Shown: one piece after another, positions 1 to 8,673 of the stretch | Layout: each line of letters opens with the position of its first letter | How positions within the stretch are numbered: position 1 is the stretch's first letter | Assembly (NCBI GenBank): GCA_964427735.1 | Contig: CAYRUS010000001.1 | Coordinates: 602,201-666,200 of the forward strand | DNA length: 64,000 bases | Reading direction: 5' to 3' | Origin: an uncultured Gammaproteobacteria bacterium | GTDB taxonomy: Bacteria > Patescibacteriota > Microgenomatia > UBA8517 | Program-made: the position numbers and the translations under genes | Notes under the pieces: model-generated | Databases searched by the model: none | The model's input: the letters and a program-made list of their open reading frames with translations, nothing else | Told to the model about the DNA's origin: nothing

Positions 1-3
1 GTA

Positions 4-465
4 TTAACTTTTGTTCTTTTCTGAACTTTTTCCTCTTTTTTTCATAGTAGCTCGTAGTAATCCTCCGGTATTTCCTGCCCAATCTGAAAGCGTCCATGTT
101 CCCGACTGAACTGTTACATTTGTATACTGAGGAATAACAACAGCCTGTGCCTGAGAACTGCCTGAATCAGTATATGTGTATTGAAGTGGTTGTGAGAGTG
201 TGATTGAAGTTGTTCCTCCACCTGAAGCAACTTTGTTTATCTCCCACTGTCCAACTCCAGTCCCTCTTGATTGATGGATAAGAATTATGTCGCCATTAGC
301 AAGCGAGGTCCCTGCTGTTGTTAAAGAGGTTGACCCAGATGTCCCACTGCAAGACTCATAGGTCATAGTGGGGATTGTAGCTGAAGAATATGCACCATCT
401 GACCCGTCACCGAAGGGTTTGCCTGGTAATACTCTTGTTAGCTTTTGCCAATCGTTTAATGCCAT
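4..465 (-). CDS. hypothetical protein, G/S/T-rich, in G+C-rich phage-like cassette A
   Basis: Complete ORF with its stop at 4-6. The composition is Gly/Ser/Thr-rich, typical of phage fibre or appendage proteins. It is co-oriented and contiguous with the fibre-like ORF 467..1207. Local G+C is visibly higher than in the rest of the window. Confidence 0.45.
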   Translation of the reverse strand: MALNDWQKLTRVLPGKPFGDGSDGAYSSATIPTMTYESCSGTSGSTSLTTAGTSLANGDIILIHQSRGTGVGQWEINKVASGGGTTSITLSQPLQYTYTDSGSSQAQAVVIPQYTNVTVQSGTWTLSDWAGNTGGLLRATMKKRGKSSEKNKS

Positions 466-466
466 G

Positions 467-1207
467 TTAGCTAAAGTTCAAAGCTCCCTGTCCAAAATAG
501 TTAGTCCCGTCAAAGTAAAAAGATACAATGTCCACTGCGTTAGCTGCTGTTGAAAGTGTTGGTGCTGTCCCTTCAGGCCATAGAACCTCTGCTGGCCACG
601 TTACAGTGCGTGAACCAGTTGCATCCTGCACTAGTTTTAAAATGAGGTTCGCCGGTCCAGAGGGGTCTGTGAAGGTAAAGGTCACATCGTCTGTAAGAGT
701 TGATTTTTGCTTGTTCCCTGCCGTCCAGTCAATTGTGTCGGCTGTTCCTGAGTTTCCATTATCTACTTCAGCGTCAAAGTAAACCTCCTTTTTAAAAGGT
801 GGGGGTGTTTGTGAATCAACGTAAGCTTTGATTGACTGCTGAGTTGCCAATTTGGTAGCCGAATCAGAAGACATATCATCTTCATCTAAAACAGCCGTTC
901 CAGAGACGCTTGTGTTTAGAACAGGTGACGTAAGAGTTTTGTTTGTAAGAGTTTCAGTACCCGCCAAAGTAACAAAGCTCCCATCTGAAAGAGCTGCATT
1001 AAATTCGGCAGTTGTCCCTGTAAGAGTGTTATCTGTGAGGTCTACAGTCTTATTAGTAAAGGTGGTTGTGCTATCTGCGGTCACTGATATGAGGTTAGCA
1101 TAGGTTATTTGTTTGTTTGTCCCTTGAGAGACATCAACAATTTCAAGCAGGTCTCCACTTGCTGGTGTAGCTAGTCCCTCCAAAGCTGATATTTTTTTGT
1201 CCGCCAT
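467..1207 (-). CDS. phage tail-fibre / receptor-binding-like protein
   Basis: The N-terminus MADKKISALEGLATPASGDLLEIVDVSQGTNKQITYANL matches the conserved N-terminal motif of many phage tail-fibre proteins. It carries repeated TLTNKT motifs. Its C-terminal ~60 aa are paralogous to the C-terminus of ORF 8674..9114. Confidence 0.55.
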   Translation of the reverse strand: MADKKISALEGLATPASGDLLEIVDVSQGTNKQITYANLISVTADSTTTFTNKTVDLTDNTLTGTTAEFNAALSDGSFVTLAGTETLTNKTLTSPVLNTSVSGTAVLDEDDMSSDSATKLATQQSIKAYVDSQTPPPFKKEVYFDAEVDNGNSGTADTIDWTAGNKQKSTLTDDVTFTFTDPSGPANLILKLVQDATGSRTVTWPAEVLWPEGTAPTLSTAANAVDIVSFYFDGTNYFGQGALNFS

Positions 1208-1209
1208 TG

Positions 1210-1407
1210 TTATTCAAGCAATCTCCTCTCTCCAGTCTCCAAAATCCTTACACTCCCATCCTCCAGTAGCCTTAAGCCATCTGAGGGGTCGTCTGGCTCC
1301 CAATTAGTGCTTACTGTGGTTTCTTTAGCCCAATCAGTTGCGTTTATCGTCTCACTCGTCCAGTCCGTTGCATTTGTTGTTTCTTTTTCCCAATCAGTAG
1401 CAGCCAT
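1210..1407 (-). CDS. small repeat protein (three TDW-KETT units)
   Basis: 65-aa ORF. The protein contains ATDWEKETTN / ATDWTSETIN / ATDWAKETTV repeats, encoded by about 33-nt imperfect tandem repeats (cccaatcagt-gc core). Confidence 0.4.
   Translation of the reverse strand: MAATDWEKETTNATDWTSETINATDWAKETTVSTNWEPDDPSDGLRLLEDGSVRILETGERRLLE
1290..1400 (-). repeat. about 3 imperfect 33-nt tandem repeats inside CDS 1210..1407
   Basis: The cccaatcagt(t/a)gc motif recurs at roughly 33-nt spacing. Confidence 0.4.
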
Positions 1408-1408
1408 A

Positions 1409-1759
1409 TTAGATTCCTCCTGGTATTTGTGGTTTGGGTTGAATGCTATTAGCCTCGTCGATTTTGCTTAGAGTTTTAAGCCTTGAGTCGAGTGCTTTTA
1501 AAATAATCTCTGCTTCAAATGAACCTGGTGCAGCACCTGCTCCTGTAGATTCTTGTTGAGGCTGTGGTGTAGGAACTGCAGCTCCAGCGTCCTGTGGAAC
1601 GTCAACAGGAAGCATACCTGGCTCAAAAGAAGCTGAAGCGGGGGATTGCTGACTAAGTACACCTGCACTCATACCACGTCTGTTCATCGCTTCCTGAAGA
1701 GCCGATCCTGCCCCTCCTATGGCTGCCCCAAACGATCCGGTGTTTTGCTGTGGTTCCAT
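1409..1759 (-). CDS. hypothetical protein, A/G/P/Q-rich, first gene of cassette A
   Basis: 116-aa ORF with a low-complexity PQPQQ / GAGAAPG composition. This is the G+C-richest part of the window. The true start may be an internal Met because a terminator hairpin abuts the annotated ATG. Confidence 0.4.
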   Translation of the reverse strand: MEPQQNTGSFGAAIGGAGSALQEAMNRRGMSAGVLSQQSPASASFEPGMLPVDVPQDAGAAVPTPQPQQESTGAGAAPGSFEAEIILKALDSRLKTLSKIDEANSIQPKPQIPGGI

Positions 1760-1761
1760 GG

Positions 1762-1795
1762 TCTTTAAAACAAAAAACCCGCCTTTCGCGGGTTA
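1762..1795 (-). terminator. rho-independent terminator, minus-strand sense
   Basis: Read on the minus strand, the stem is aacccgc-GAAAG-gcgggtt followed by TTTTTTGTTTT. Confidence 0.5.
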
Positions 1796-1861
1796 GATTA
1801 CCTCTTATTTCATTATAGCATTTTTGACTTTACATAAACAACCAATTATACTGTCGGGCAT

Positions 1862-2062
1862 ATGTTATTTTTAATCGTTTTTCTTGCACTGGCCTCGTTC
1901 CCTCTTTTTTGGGGAATAGTATTCGGTTCTCTTGTTTGGCTTGATGATTTGTGGAAGCCAAAAGAGAACAAGCCTCAAGACGTAAAAGTTAACGTCGAGA
2001 CTTCAGAAAGCGAAAAAGATATTTTTGATAACCTCACAGAAGTTTTAGATAGAGTGTCCTAA
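1862..2062 (+). CDS. small membrane protein, hypothetical
   Basis: 66 aa. It has an N-terminal hydrophobic helix (MLFLIVFLALASFPLFWGIVFGSLVWL). Confidence 0.3.
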   Translation: MLFLIVFLALASFPLFWGIVFGSLVWLDDLWKPKENKPQDVKVNVETSESEKDIFDNLTEVLDRVS

Positions 2063-2145
2063 AGTCCTAAAGCAGCTCTTCCTATTGTCGCTCTCCACAA
2101 AGCCCTTATCCACGATGCAATTAAGCTTAACGAAAAAAGTAAAAA

Positions 2146-2496
2146 ATGAAAAAACACAGGATTTACACAACAAGTTTTGCAAGTGTGTATCCACACTATC
2201 TTACAAAAGCTAAGAAAAAAGGCCGTACCAAGACAGAAGTTGACGAGATTATCTATTGGCTTACCGGATATGATAAAAAAGGTTTGGGAAAAGTCCTAAA
2301 AGACGGAACTGACTTTGAAACATTTTTTTCAAAAGCTCCAGGAATGAATTCTAAAAGAAAATTGATTACGGGTATTGTTTGTGGAGTACGAATAGAGGAA
2401 ATTAAAGAAAAAACAATGAGAGAAATTCGTTATCTGGACAAGCTAATAGACGAGTTAGCAAAAGGAAGAGAGATGGAAAAAATTCTTAGAAAATAA
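2146..2496 (+). CDS. DUF2200-family protein
   Basis: Motifs SFASVYPHY...[18 protein letters not shown]...[16 protein letters not shown], as recalled for the DUF2200 family. Confidence 0.5.
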   Translation: MKKHRIYTTSFASVYPHYLTKAKKKGRTKTEVDEIIYWLTGYDKKGLGKVLKDGTDFETFFSKAPGMNSKRKLITGIVCGVRIEEIKEKTMREIRYLDKLIDELAKGREMEKILRK

Positions 2497-2498
2497 CT

Positions 2499-2822
2499 AT
2501 GGCAAAAATTTCAGAAGGTCTTCCGGAAGTTCATAAAATTCCAAAGGACCTAAAAAAATCTCTTTTAGCTGATAAAAAGGCATTAGAGATGTGGGAAGAT
2601 ATTACACCTCTAGCACGTAACGAATGGATATGTTGGGTTACTTTTGTTAAAAAAGAAGAAACACGGAAAAATCACATAAAAAGAACAATTACCGAGTTAA
2701 AAGAAGGAACTCGAAGACCTTGTTGCTGGGTGGGTTGTATTCACCGAAAAGACAAGAAAATAAGTCCTTCTGTTAAGTATGTACTTAGCAAACAAAAAAA
2801 TCTCAGGGAAAAGTTGAATTAA
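2499..2822 (+). CDS. YdeI/OmpD-associated family protein
   Basis: The pattern WICWVTFVKKEETRKNHIKRTITELKEG fits the YdeI/OmdA family. The start codon overlaps the upstream gene's stop (ATAACTATGG). Confidence 0.5.
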   Translation: MAKISEGLPEVHKIPKDLKKSLLADKKALEMWEDITPLARNEWICWVTFVKKEETRKNHIKRTITELKEGTRRPCCWVGCIHRKDKKISPSVKYVLSKQKNLREKLN

Positions 2823-2901
2823 AACTTCAAGTGTTGTGGCTGAATAGTGTTATGCCATTATACTTTTATATTTTGGTTCTGATTCTTGTACAATAAGTTA
2901 T

Positions 2902-3846
2902 ATGTTAATGACTCTTCTTGTATTTTGTTTTGCATTTTTTTTGCTTTGGGTTGGTTCAGGGCTTGCTGTGTCTGCTGTTACAAAACTTTCAAGAAGCTTT
3001 CATATGTCTGGTTTTTCAGCATCATTTTTAATTCTTGGTTTTTTTACTTCGTTTTCAGAAATTGCTGTTGGAATAAATGCGTTTATAGATAACGAACCTG
3101 AAATTTTTGCAGGAAGCTTAATTGGTAGCTCTGTTGTCATTTTTTTGTTTGTAACACCTTTGTTAGCAGTATTAGGAAAGGGTATTAAGCTAAACCATAA
3201 TTTTTCTTATAAAGATTTGATTTCAGCGCTCTTTGTAATTGGAATGCCAGCACTTCTTGCCCTAGATGGAAGAATTAGCGTTATAGACGCACTGGTTTGT
3301 ATAACGATATATGTTTACTTTTTTTACATGAGGGACAAAGGATTTAATTCAATAAAAAAAATCGTTTCTGTAAAGCTATCAAACACTCAATTCCATTTGC
3401 AGCTTTTGAAGATTCTTGCAGGTATAAGTTTACTACTATATGCGAGCAACTTGCTTGTTTCTCAAACAGTTATCTTAGGTGAAACTTTAAATATTTCTAC
3501 ATATTTTATTAGTTTGCTTATAATTTCTATTGGAACAAATATCCCAGAAATAGCAGTAGCTGTGCGTTCTGTACTTGCAAAGAAAAATGATATCGCTTTT
3601 GGAAACTATGTTGGATCCTCAGCTCTTAATACTCTTGAGCTAGGAATTCTAACACTTGGCACTAGAGGAACAATAGTTCTTAATCAAAATTCTGCATTTA
3701 GTTTGATGGTGTTTATCGTTGGACTAGGGTTTTTTGCTTACTTTGCTAAGAGTAAAAATGATTTATCAGGACAAGAGGCAAAAGTTTTGCTATTGTTTTA
3801 TTTTGTATTTATTGTTTTTGAAATATTAAAAACAATAGGTATCTAA
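2902..3846 (+). CDS. Ca2+/cation antiporter (CaCA family) membrane protein
   Basis: Multi-pass membrane protein with the two alpha-repeat signatures GNYVGSSALNTL and GTNIPEIAV. Confidence 0.65.
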   Translation: MLMTLLVFCFAFFLLWVGSGLAVSAVTKLSRSFHMSGFSASFLILGFFTSFSEIAVGINAFIDNEPEIFAGSLIGSSVVIFLFVTPLLAVLGKGIKLNHNFSYKDLISALFVIGMPALLALDGRISVIDALVCITIYVYFFYMRDKGFNSIKKIVSVKLSNTQFHLQLLKILAGISLLLYASNLLVSQTVILGETLNISTYFISLLIISIGTNIPEIAVAVRSVLAKKNDIAFGNYVGSSALNTLELGILTLGTRGTIVLNQNSAFSLMVFIVGLGFFAYFAKSKNDLSGQEAKVLLLFYFVFIVFEILKTIGI

Positions 3847-3871
3847 AGGCAGTGTTAATAAAAATTTAGGT

Positions 3872-5554
3872 ATGGATATTTTTACAGAAATTAGCTTGAT
3901 TATTCTTCTTGTTACCTTAATTTCATTTGTAATGAAATTTTTAAAACAACCCTTTATTGTTGGGTATATTTTGTCTGGTATTATTGCTGGTCCTTATTTT
4001 TTAAACCTTTTGCATTCCAACGAGCATATAGAATTTTTTTCGACAATTGGTATAACAATATTGCTTTTTATTGTTGGGATACATTTAAGTCCTAAAGTCA
4101 TTAAAGAAACAGCAAGGGCGTCTGTAGTGACCGGTTTAGGCCAAGTAATTTTTACATTTATTCTAGGATATACGGCATGCAGATTGCTTCATTTTGACAA
4201 TATAACCTCTGTTTATACAGCTACAGCTTTAAGCTTTAGTAGTACCATTGTTGTTTTAAAACTTCTAACAGACAAAGGAGAAACTCAAAAACTATATGGG
4301 AAAATTTCAATCGGTTACTTGCTTGTACAAGACTTAATTGCGATATTTGCATTAATTATTGTGTTTGCATTTGCAAAAGCAAACGGCGGCAATTTTTTAA
4401 TGGTATTGGGGTTTCTAAGTTTAAAAGGATTGCTTTTGGTATCTGCAATTGCAATATTAAGCATTAACATCCTGCCTCATTTTCTGAAAAAAATAGCATC
4501 AGATCAAGAGTTTTTGTTTTTGTTTTCTATTGCGTGGGGACTCATTATATCTGGAATATACTATGAGCTTGGATTATCCATTGAAATTGGAGCACTTGTT
4601 GCAGGTGTTGCACTTTCAACAACTCCGTTTGCCTACGAAATAGCATCCAGACTAAAGCCATTGAGAGATTTTTTTATTCTTTTATTTTTTATATTTTTAG
4701 GTTCTCAGGTGGTTATAGATGCAATTCCACAGATACTTTTGCCTGCAATAATTATGTTTGCAATAGTTTTTATAGGAAGTCCTGTTATTGTTATTCTTTT
4801 AATGAATTTGCTTGGATACAAAAGAAAAACTGGTTTTATGACTGGTGTTACTTTTGCTCAGATTGGTGAGTTTTCTTTAATTTTTACAAGTATTGGGGTG
4901 TCAGCAAGTCATATTTCTGAAGAAACTCTCTCATTAATTACATTAGTAGCTCTTTCCACAATTGCTTTTTCAACTTATCTTATCTTGTATTCAGACAAAA
5001 TATATAGCTGGACAGAAAGAATTATAAAGCTTCTTGAAGTAAAAGAAGTTAAATACGAGAAACAAGTGTTGACCACAATAAAATACGATGTGATTCTCTT
5101 TGGCTATGACAGGGTAGGGAGTGATTTTGTAAAGACTATACAAAAACTGGATAAAGATTTTATTGTAGTTGATTATAATCCAGAAGCAATAGAAAGATTA
5201 AAAAAAGAAGAAATACCTTTTGTCTATGGGGATGCTGATGATGTGGAGTTTCTAGAAGAAATTAATATATCAAAGGCTAAACTGATTATTTCCACGATAC
5301 CAGATGTAGATACAAACAAACTTTTAGTGGAAAAAATGCAGAGGTCTAATCCAAAAGCTGTTAGTATTGTATTGTCTGATAACGCAAAAGACACAGTAGC
5401 TCTTTATGAAAAAGGTGCGAGTTATGTAATTACACCAATTTACTTAGGAGCGCAATATGCTTCGCATATGATATTAAAGCATGGATTTGATGCTAAAAAC
5501 TTTAAAGAAGAAAGAGAACAGCATCTGGAACATTTATCAAAAAGAGCTTCCTAG
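3872..5554 (+). CDS. cation:proton antiporter (CPA2) with C-terminal TrkA-N/RCK domain
   Basis: About 12 TM segments, then a Rossmann-like segment (VILFGYDRVGSDFVKTI). This is the Kef-type architecture. Confidence 0.8.
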   Translation: MDIFTEISLIILLVTLISFVMKFLKQPFIVGYILSGIIAGPYFLNLLHSNEHIEFFSTIGITILLFIVGIHLSPKVIKETARASVVTGLGQVIFTFILGYTACRLLHFDNITSVYTATALSFSSTIVVLKLLTDKGETQKLYGKISIGYLLVQDLIAIFALIIVFAFAKANGGNFLMVLGFLSLKGLLLVSAIAILSINILPHFLKKIASDQEFLFLFSIAWGLIISGIYYELGLSIEIGALVAGVALSTTPFAYEIASRLKPLRDFFILLFFIFLGSQVVIDAIPQILLPAIIMFAIVFIGSPVIVILLMNLLGYKRKTGFMTGVTFAQIGEFSLIFTSIGVSASHISEETLSLITLVALSTIAFSTYLILYSDKIYSWTERIIKLLEVKEVKYEKQVLTTIKYDVILFGYDRVGSDFVKTIQKLDKDFIVVDYNPEAIERLKKEEIPFVYGDADDVEFLEEINISKAKLIISTIPDVDTNKLLVEKMQRSNPKAVSIVLSDNAKDTVALYEKGASYVITPIYLGAQYASHMILKHGFDAKNFKEEREQHLEHLSKRAS

Positions 5555-5569
5555 CAATTATTAAAACAA

Positions 5570-5941
5570 ATGACTGTACGAAAGATAAATATTCGGATTA
5601 AGCGAGTTTATGAAAAACCTGACAAATCAGATGGTGCTAGGATTTTAGTAGACAGACTTTGGCCAAGAGGGGTAAAAAAGGAAAATGCAAAGATTGATTT
5701 ATGGTTAAAAGACATAGCTCCAACGGATACGTTGCGTAAATGGTTTAACCACGATGAAAATAAATGGGAAGATTTTAAGAATAAGTACAATAAAGAGTTA
5801 AAAGATAACTTGGGTTTGTTTTCTCAACTTGAAGAATATATTAAAAAAGGAAAAGTAACACTTGTCTATAGTGCCAAAGATGAAAAACACAACAATGCGG
5901 TTGTTTTGAAAGAATATTTAGAAAAGCTATATCAATTATGA
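5570..5941 (+). CDS. DUF488-family protein (YeaO-like)
   Basis: Motifs [27 protein letters not shown] and [20 protein letters not shown] match the DUF488 family closely. The gene ends with a TGA stop. Confidence 0.8.
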   Translation: MTVRKINIRIKRVYEKPDKSDGARILVDRLWPRGVKKENAKIDLWLKDIAPTDTLRKWFNHDENKWEDFKNKYNKELKDNLGLFSQLEEYIKKGKVTLVYSAKDEKHNNAVVLKEYLEKLYQL

Positions 5942-6099
5942 TCTATTTCCGCATTATTCTTAAGTATTCTTGCTAGACTAGTATTAATTACAGAAGATCC
6001 AATTATTGTTACAGGCAATATGACAAGAAGATTGTACAGCTTGCAAATGAAGGGGGACTGCGGTGTGTAATATAACATTTCTCTTGATATAATTTAATA

Positions 6100-6543
6100 A
6101 TGCTAAGTCAAATTATTAATCCAGAAGAATTACCGGTATTAATTGGTCTTTTATTAAGCATGATTGCAGGGTTTTTAATTGGTGCTGAAAGAGAGTCAAG
6201 AGGAAAAGATGCCGGAATTAGTACACACACGTTAGTAATTACTGGAGCTATGTTGTTTACATTTATGTCTTCTGTTGTTGATCCAGCTTCAAAATCAAGA
6301 ATTGCAGCTCAGATTGTTTCAGGAATTGGTTTTTTGGGAGCAGGGTTAATCTTGAAAGAAGGGTCTAATGTTAAAAATCTGACTACTGCAGCTAGTCTTT
6401 GGGTGGCTGGTGCTATTGGTATGGCTTTTGGTTATGGTTTTTATTTTATTGGTGTGATTGTGGCAATTGCAGTTACTTTAATTCCTCGAATACCCCATAT
6501 AAACAGTAAAAGTCCAGAAGCCTTAACTGAAAGAAAAACTTGA
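6100..6543 (+). CDS. MgtC/SapB family membrane protein
   Basis: GAERESRGKDAGISTHTLVITGAMLF is the MgtC signature. TATAAT at 6088-6093 lies only 6 nt upstream of the ATG, so the mRNA may be leaderless. Confidence 0.8.
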   Translation: MLSQIINPEELPVLIGLLLSMIAGFLIGAERESRGKDAGISTHTLVITGAMLFTFMSSVVDPASKSRIAAQIVSGIGFLGAGLILKEGSNVKNLTTAASLWVAGAIGMAFGYGFYFIGVIVAIAVTLIPRIPHINSKSPEALTERKT

Positions 6544-6612
6544 TTTTCATATTAACTCAACTATTACTTCTTCTTTATTTTAATTTAAACTTTATTATCC
6601 ATTATAAATGTA

Positions 6613-7410
6613 ATGGAAGATGTTACTGTATTGATTCCAACTTATAGCAGGACTGTTGAACTGGCTATAACTCTAACTAGTCTTGCTTATCAAGAATATA
6701 AAAATTTTAGCATATTTATTTCAGACCAGAACAGGGGGGATGTTTTCAAAAATGAGTCAATTCAGACCCCAATAAGATTTTTAGAAAAAAGAGGTATAAA
6801 TGTGGAAATAAAGAAAAATTTGCCGAGGCAAGGAATGGCACAACAAAGACAATTTTTGCTTGATAATTCAAAAACCAAATATTCACTTTCTCTTGATGAC
6901 GACGTGATTTTGGAACCATGGGCAATTAAGAATATGATAAAAGCACTTGAAGAGGAGGATATTGGTTTTGTTGGAATGAGTTTACCTGGACTAAGCTATC
7001 TTGATGATATAAGACCAAAAGAGCAGATTATAGAATTTTGGGAAGGCAAAGTAGAACCAGAAAAAATTACTCCAGGAGGGAACAAATGGAAAAGACACAA
7101 ACTCCACAATGCAGCTAATATTCTACATATTCAAGAGAAATTAAACTTAACACCTGACACACAAAAGAAATACAAAATTGCTTGGATTGGAGGTTGTGTG
7201 ATGTATGACACTTCAAAATTAATTGATACTGGAGGATTTTCTTTTTGGGTTGATTTACCAAAAAATCATTCTGGAGAAGATGTGTATGCACAGCTTAAAG
7301 TTATGGAAAAATATGGAGGTTGCGGATTGATACCTACTGGTGCTTATCATCAGGAAATGCCAACTACAATAACTAATAGAAAAGTAAATGTTTCGTACTA
7401 TTTAGCTTGA
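6613..7410 (+). CDS. family 2 glycosyltransferase
   Basis: VLIPTYSRTVELAITLTSL followed by a DDDV (DXD) motif, i.e. GT-A fold features. Confidence 0.65.
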   Translation: MEDVTVLIPTYSRTVELAITLTSLAYQEYKNFSIFISDQNRGDVFKNESIQTPIRFLEKRGINVEIKKNLPRQGMAQQRQFLLDNSKTKYSLSLDDDVILEPWAIKNMIKALEEEDIGFVGMSLPGLSYLDDIRPKEQIIEFWEGKVEPEKITPGGNKWKRHKLHNAANILHIQEKLNLTPDTQKKYKIAWIGGCVMYDTSKLIDTGGFSFWVDLPKNHSGEDVYAQLKVMEKYGGCGLIPTGAYHQEMPTTITNRKVNVSYYLA

Positions 7411-7420
7411 GAAATTAAAA

Positions 7421-8668
7421 TTAGCTTTTTTTGATTTCCACTCCTATAGCAGCCCAGTTATTTGCCGAACTAGCTTTACAAAAAATCTCAAAAAGATTTC
7501 CTTGTTCAGCAGGGGTATTTCCAACCCACATAGAAGTGTCTCTTGCACTTAACCCATCTGATTGGAAACTTGCTCTTTGGGTATCTTCGATTCCTGGGGT
7601 GAATGTAACCAAGTTTTTATAAGTTACTCCAGCAGAGATGTAAGATCCATTTGCCTCCGGTTGCATGTATATGTAAGGTGTATTACTAGTTGTGCCACTA
7701 GGTCTACTTCTTTTATCTACGGTACCAATTGGGTCTGCTTGATTAACTCCATTATATTGTTCTACCGTAATTAATAAATTGTGACATCCGCTATCAGTAA
7801 CTGCCTGTACGTTAAAAGTTCCAGAGGTAGGGGCAACCAAAAGCCAGCACTCGGTGTGTATTCTTGTGGTTCCTGTATCATCAGTTGAGGAATCTACTTT
7901 AGTAAAAGAAGCTTCGTTTTCTCCTCCCGGATCCAAAGTGACACTGGCAAATGAAGCAAGTTCATCTGGGTCCTGCAGCCCAACCCAGGCTAATAATATT
8001 CTATTATCGTCATCTGTAACTGTGACTTCTACAGTTACTGTAGTAGCATCATTGTTTCCGTTAGCTTGTGTAGTAAAAACATCCCCAGGAGTGGGTGTTG
8101 AGATTGCTAAACCTGTTTGAAGTGATACTTCGCTTACTAACCAGCCATCACCGACAACTTGATATTTTCCGTGTATTTCAATTTTGTAGAATTTATAGCT
8201 AATGGAGGTGGGTATGACATAAGAGTAACGGGGTACTTGAGTGCAACTTTTTCCGGCACCACGGCTTCCTTCTTCTACTGTTGGTCTTGTCCAGACTTCT
8301 GTCCAATCAGTTCCATTTAAAGAGCCATATAAAATAATCTCAGCTGTACCGCTAATCATGTGGTGGCTTTCTGCCAAACCAAAAATTATACGGTTATGGG
8401 TGCCATTAGTTTCAACTACCTGTCTGAGCCAATCTTCTTCACCAACCTGCCAACCCACTCCACCTTTGTCCTGATCCATTTCAGCTGCTGTATTAGGGAA
8501 AATTTCTGGATCACATATTGAAGTATGTATCAGCCAATGGTTATTAACAGACTCCCAGTTGTCAAATCCTCCAGGCCCTTCTGAAAAACTTCCGTTTAAA
8601 ACAAGATTATCAGATAAAGAAACCAACTTCTCTCCGGCCATCATTGGTTTTCTTGCAAGCATTACCAT
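7421..8668 (-). CDS. phage-like protein with N-terminal CBM4/9-like carbohydrate-binding module (cassette B)
   Basis: NLVLNGSFSEGPGGFDNWES resembles the start of CBM_4_9 modules. The gene is co-oriented with the fibre-like ORF 8674..9114, and G+C is higher than in flanking genes. Confidence 0.45.
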   Translation of the reverse strand: MVMLARKPMMAGEKLVSLSDNLVLNGSFSEGPGGFDNWESVNNHWLIHTSICDPEIFPNTAAEMDQDKGGVGWQVGEEDWLRQVVETNGTHNRIIFGLAESHHMISGTAEIILYGSLNGTDWTEVWTRPTVEEGSRGAGKSCTQVPRYSYVIPTSISYKFYKIEIHGKYQVVGDGWLVSEVSLQTGLAISTPTPGDVFTTQANGNNDATTVTVEVTVTDDDNRILLAWVGLQDPDELASFASVTLDPGGENEASFTKVDSSTDDTGTTRIHTECWLLVAPTSGTFNVQAVTDSGCHNLLITVEQYNGVNQADPIGTVDKRSRPSGTTSNTPYIYMQPEANGSYISAGVTYKNLVTFTPGIEDTQRASFQSDGLSARDTSMWVGNTPAEQGNLFEIFCKASSANNWAAIGVEIKKS

Positions 8669-8673
8669 AATAT

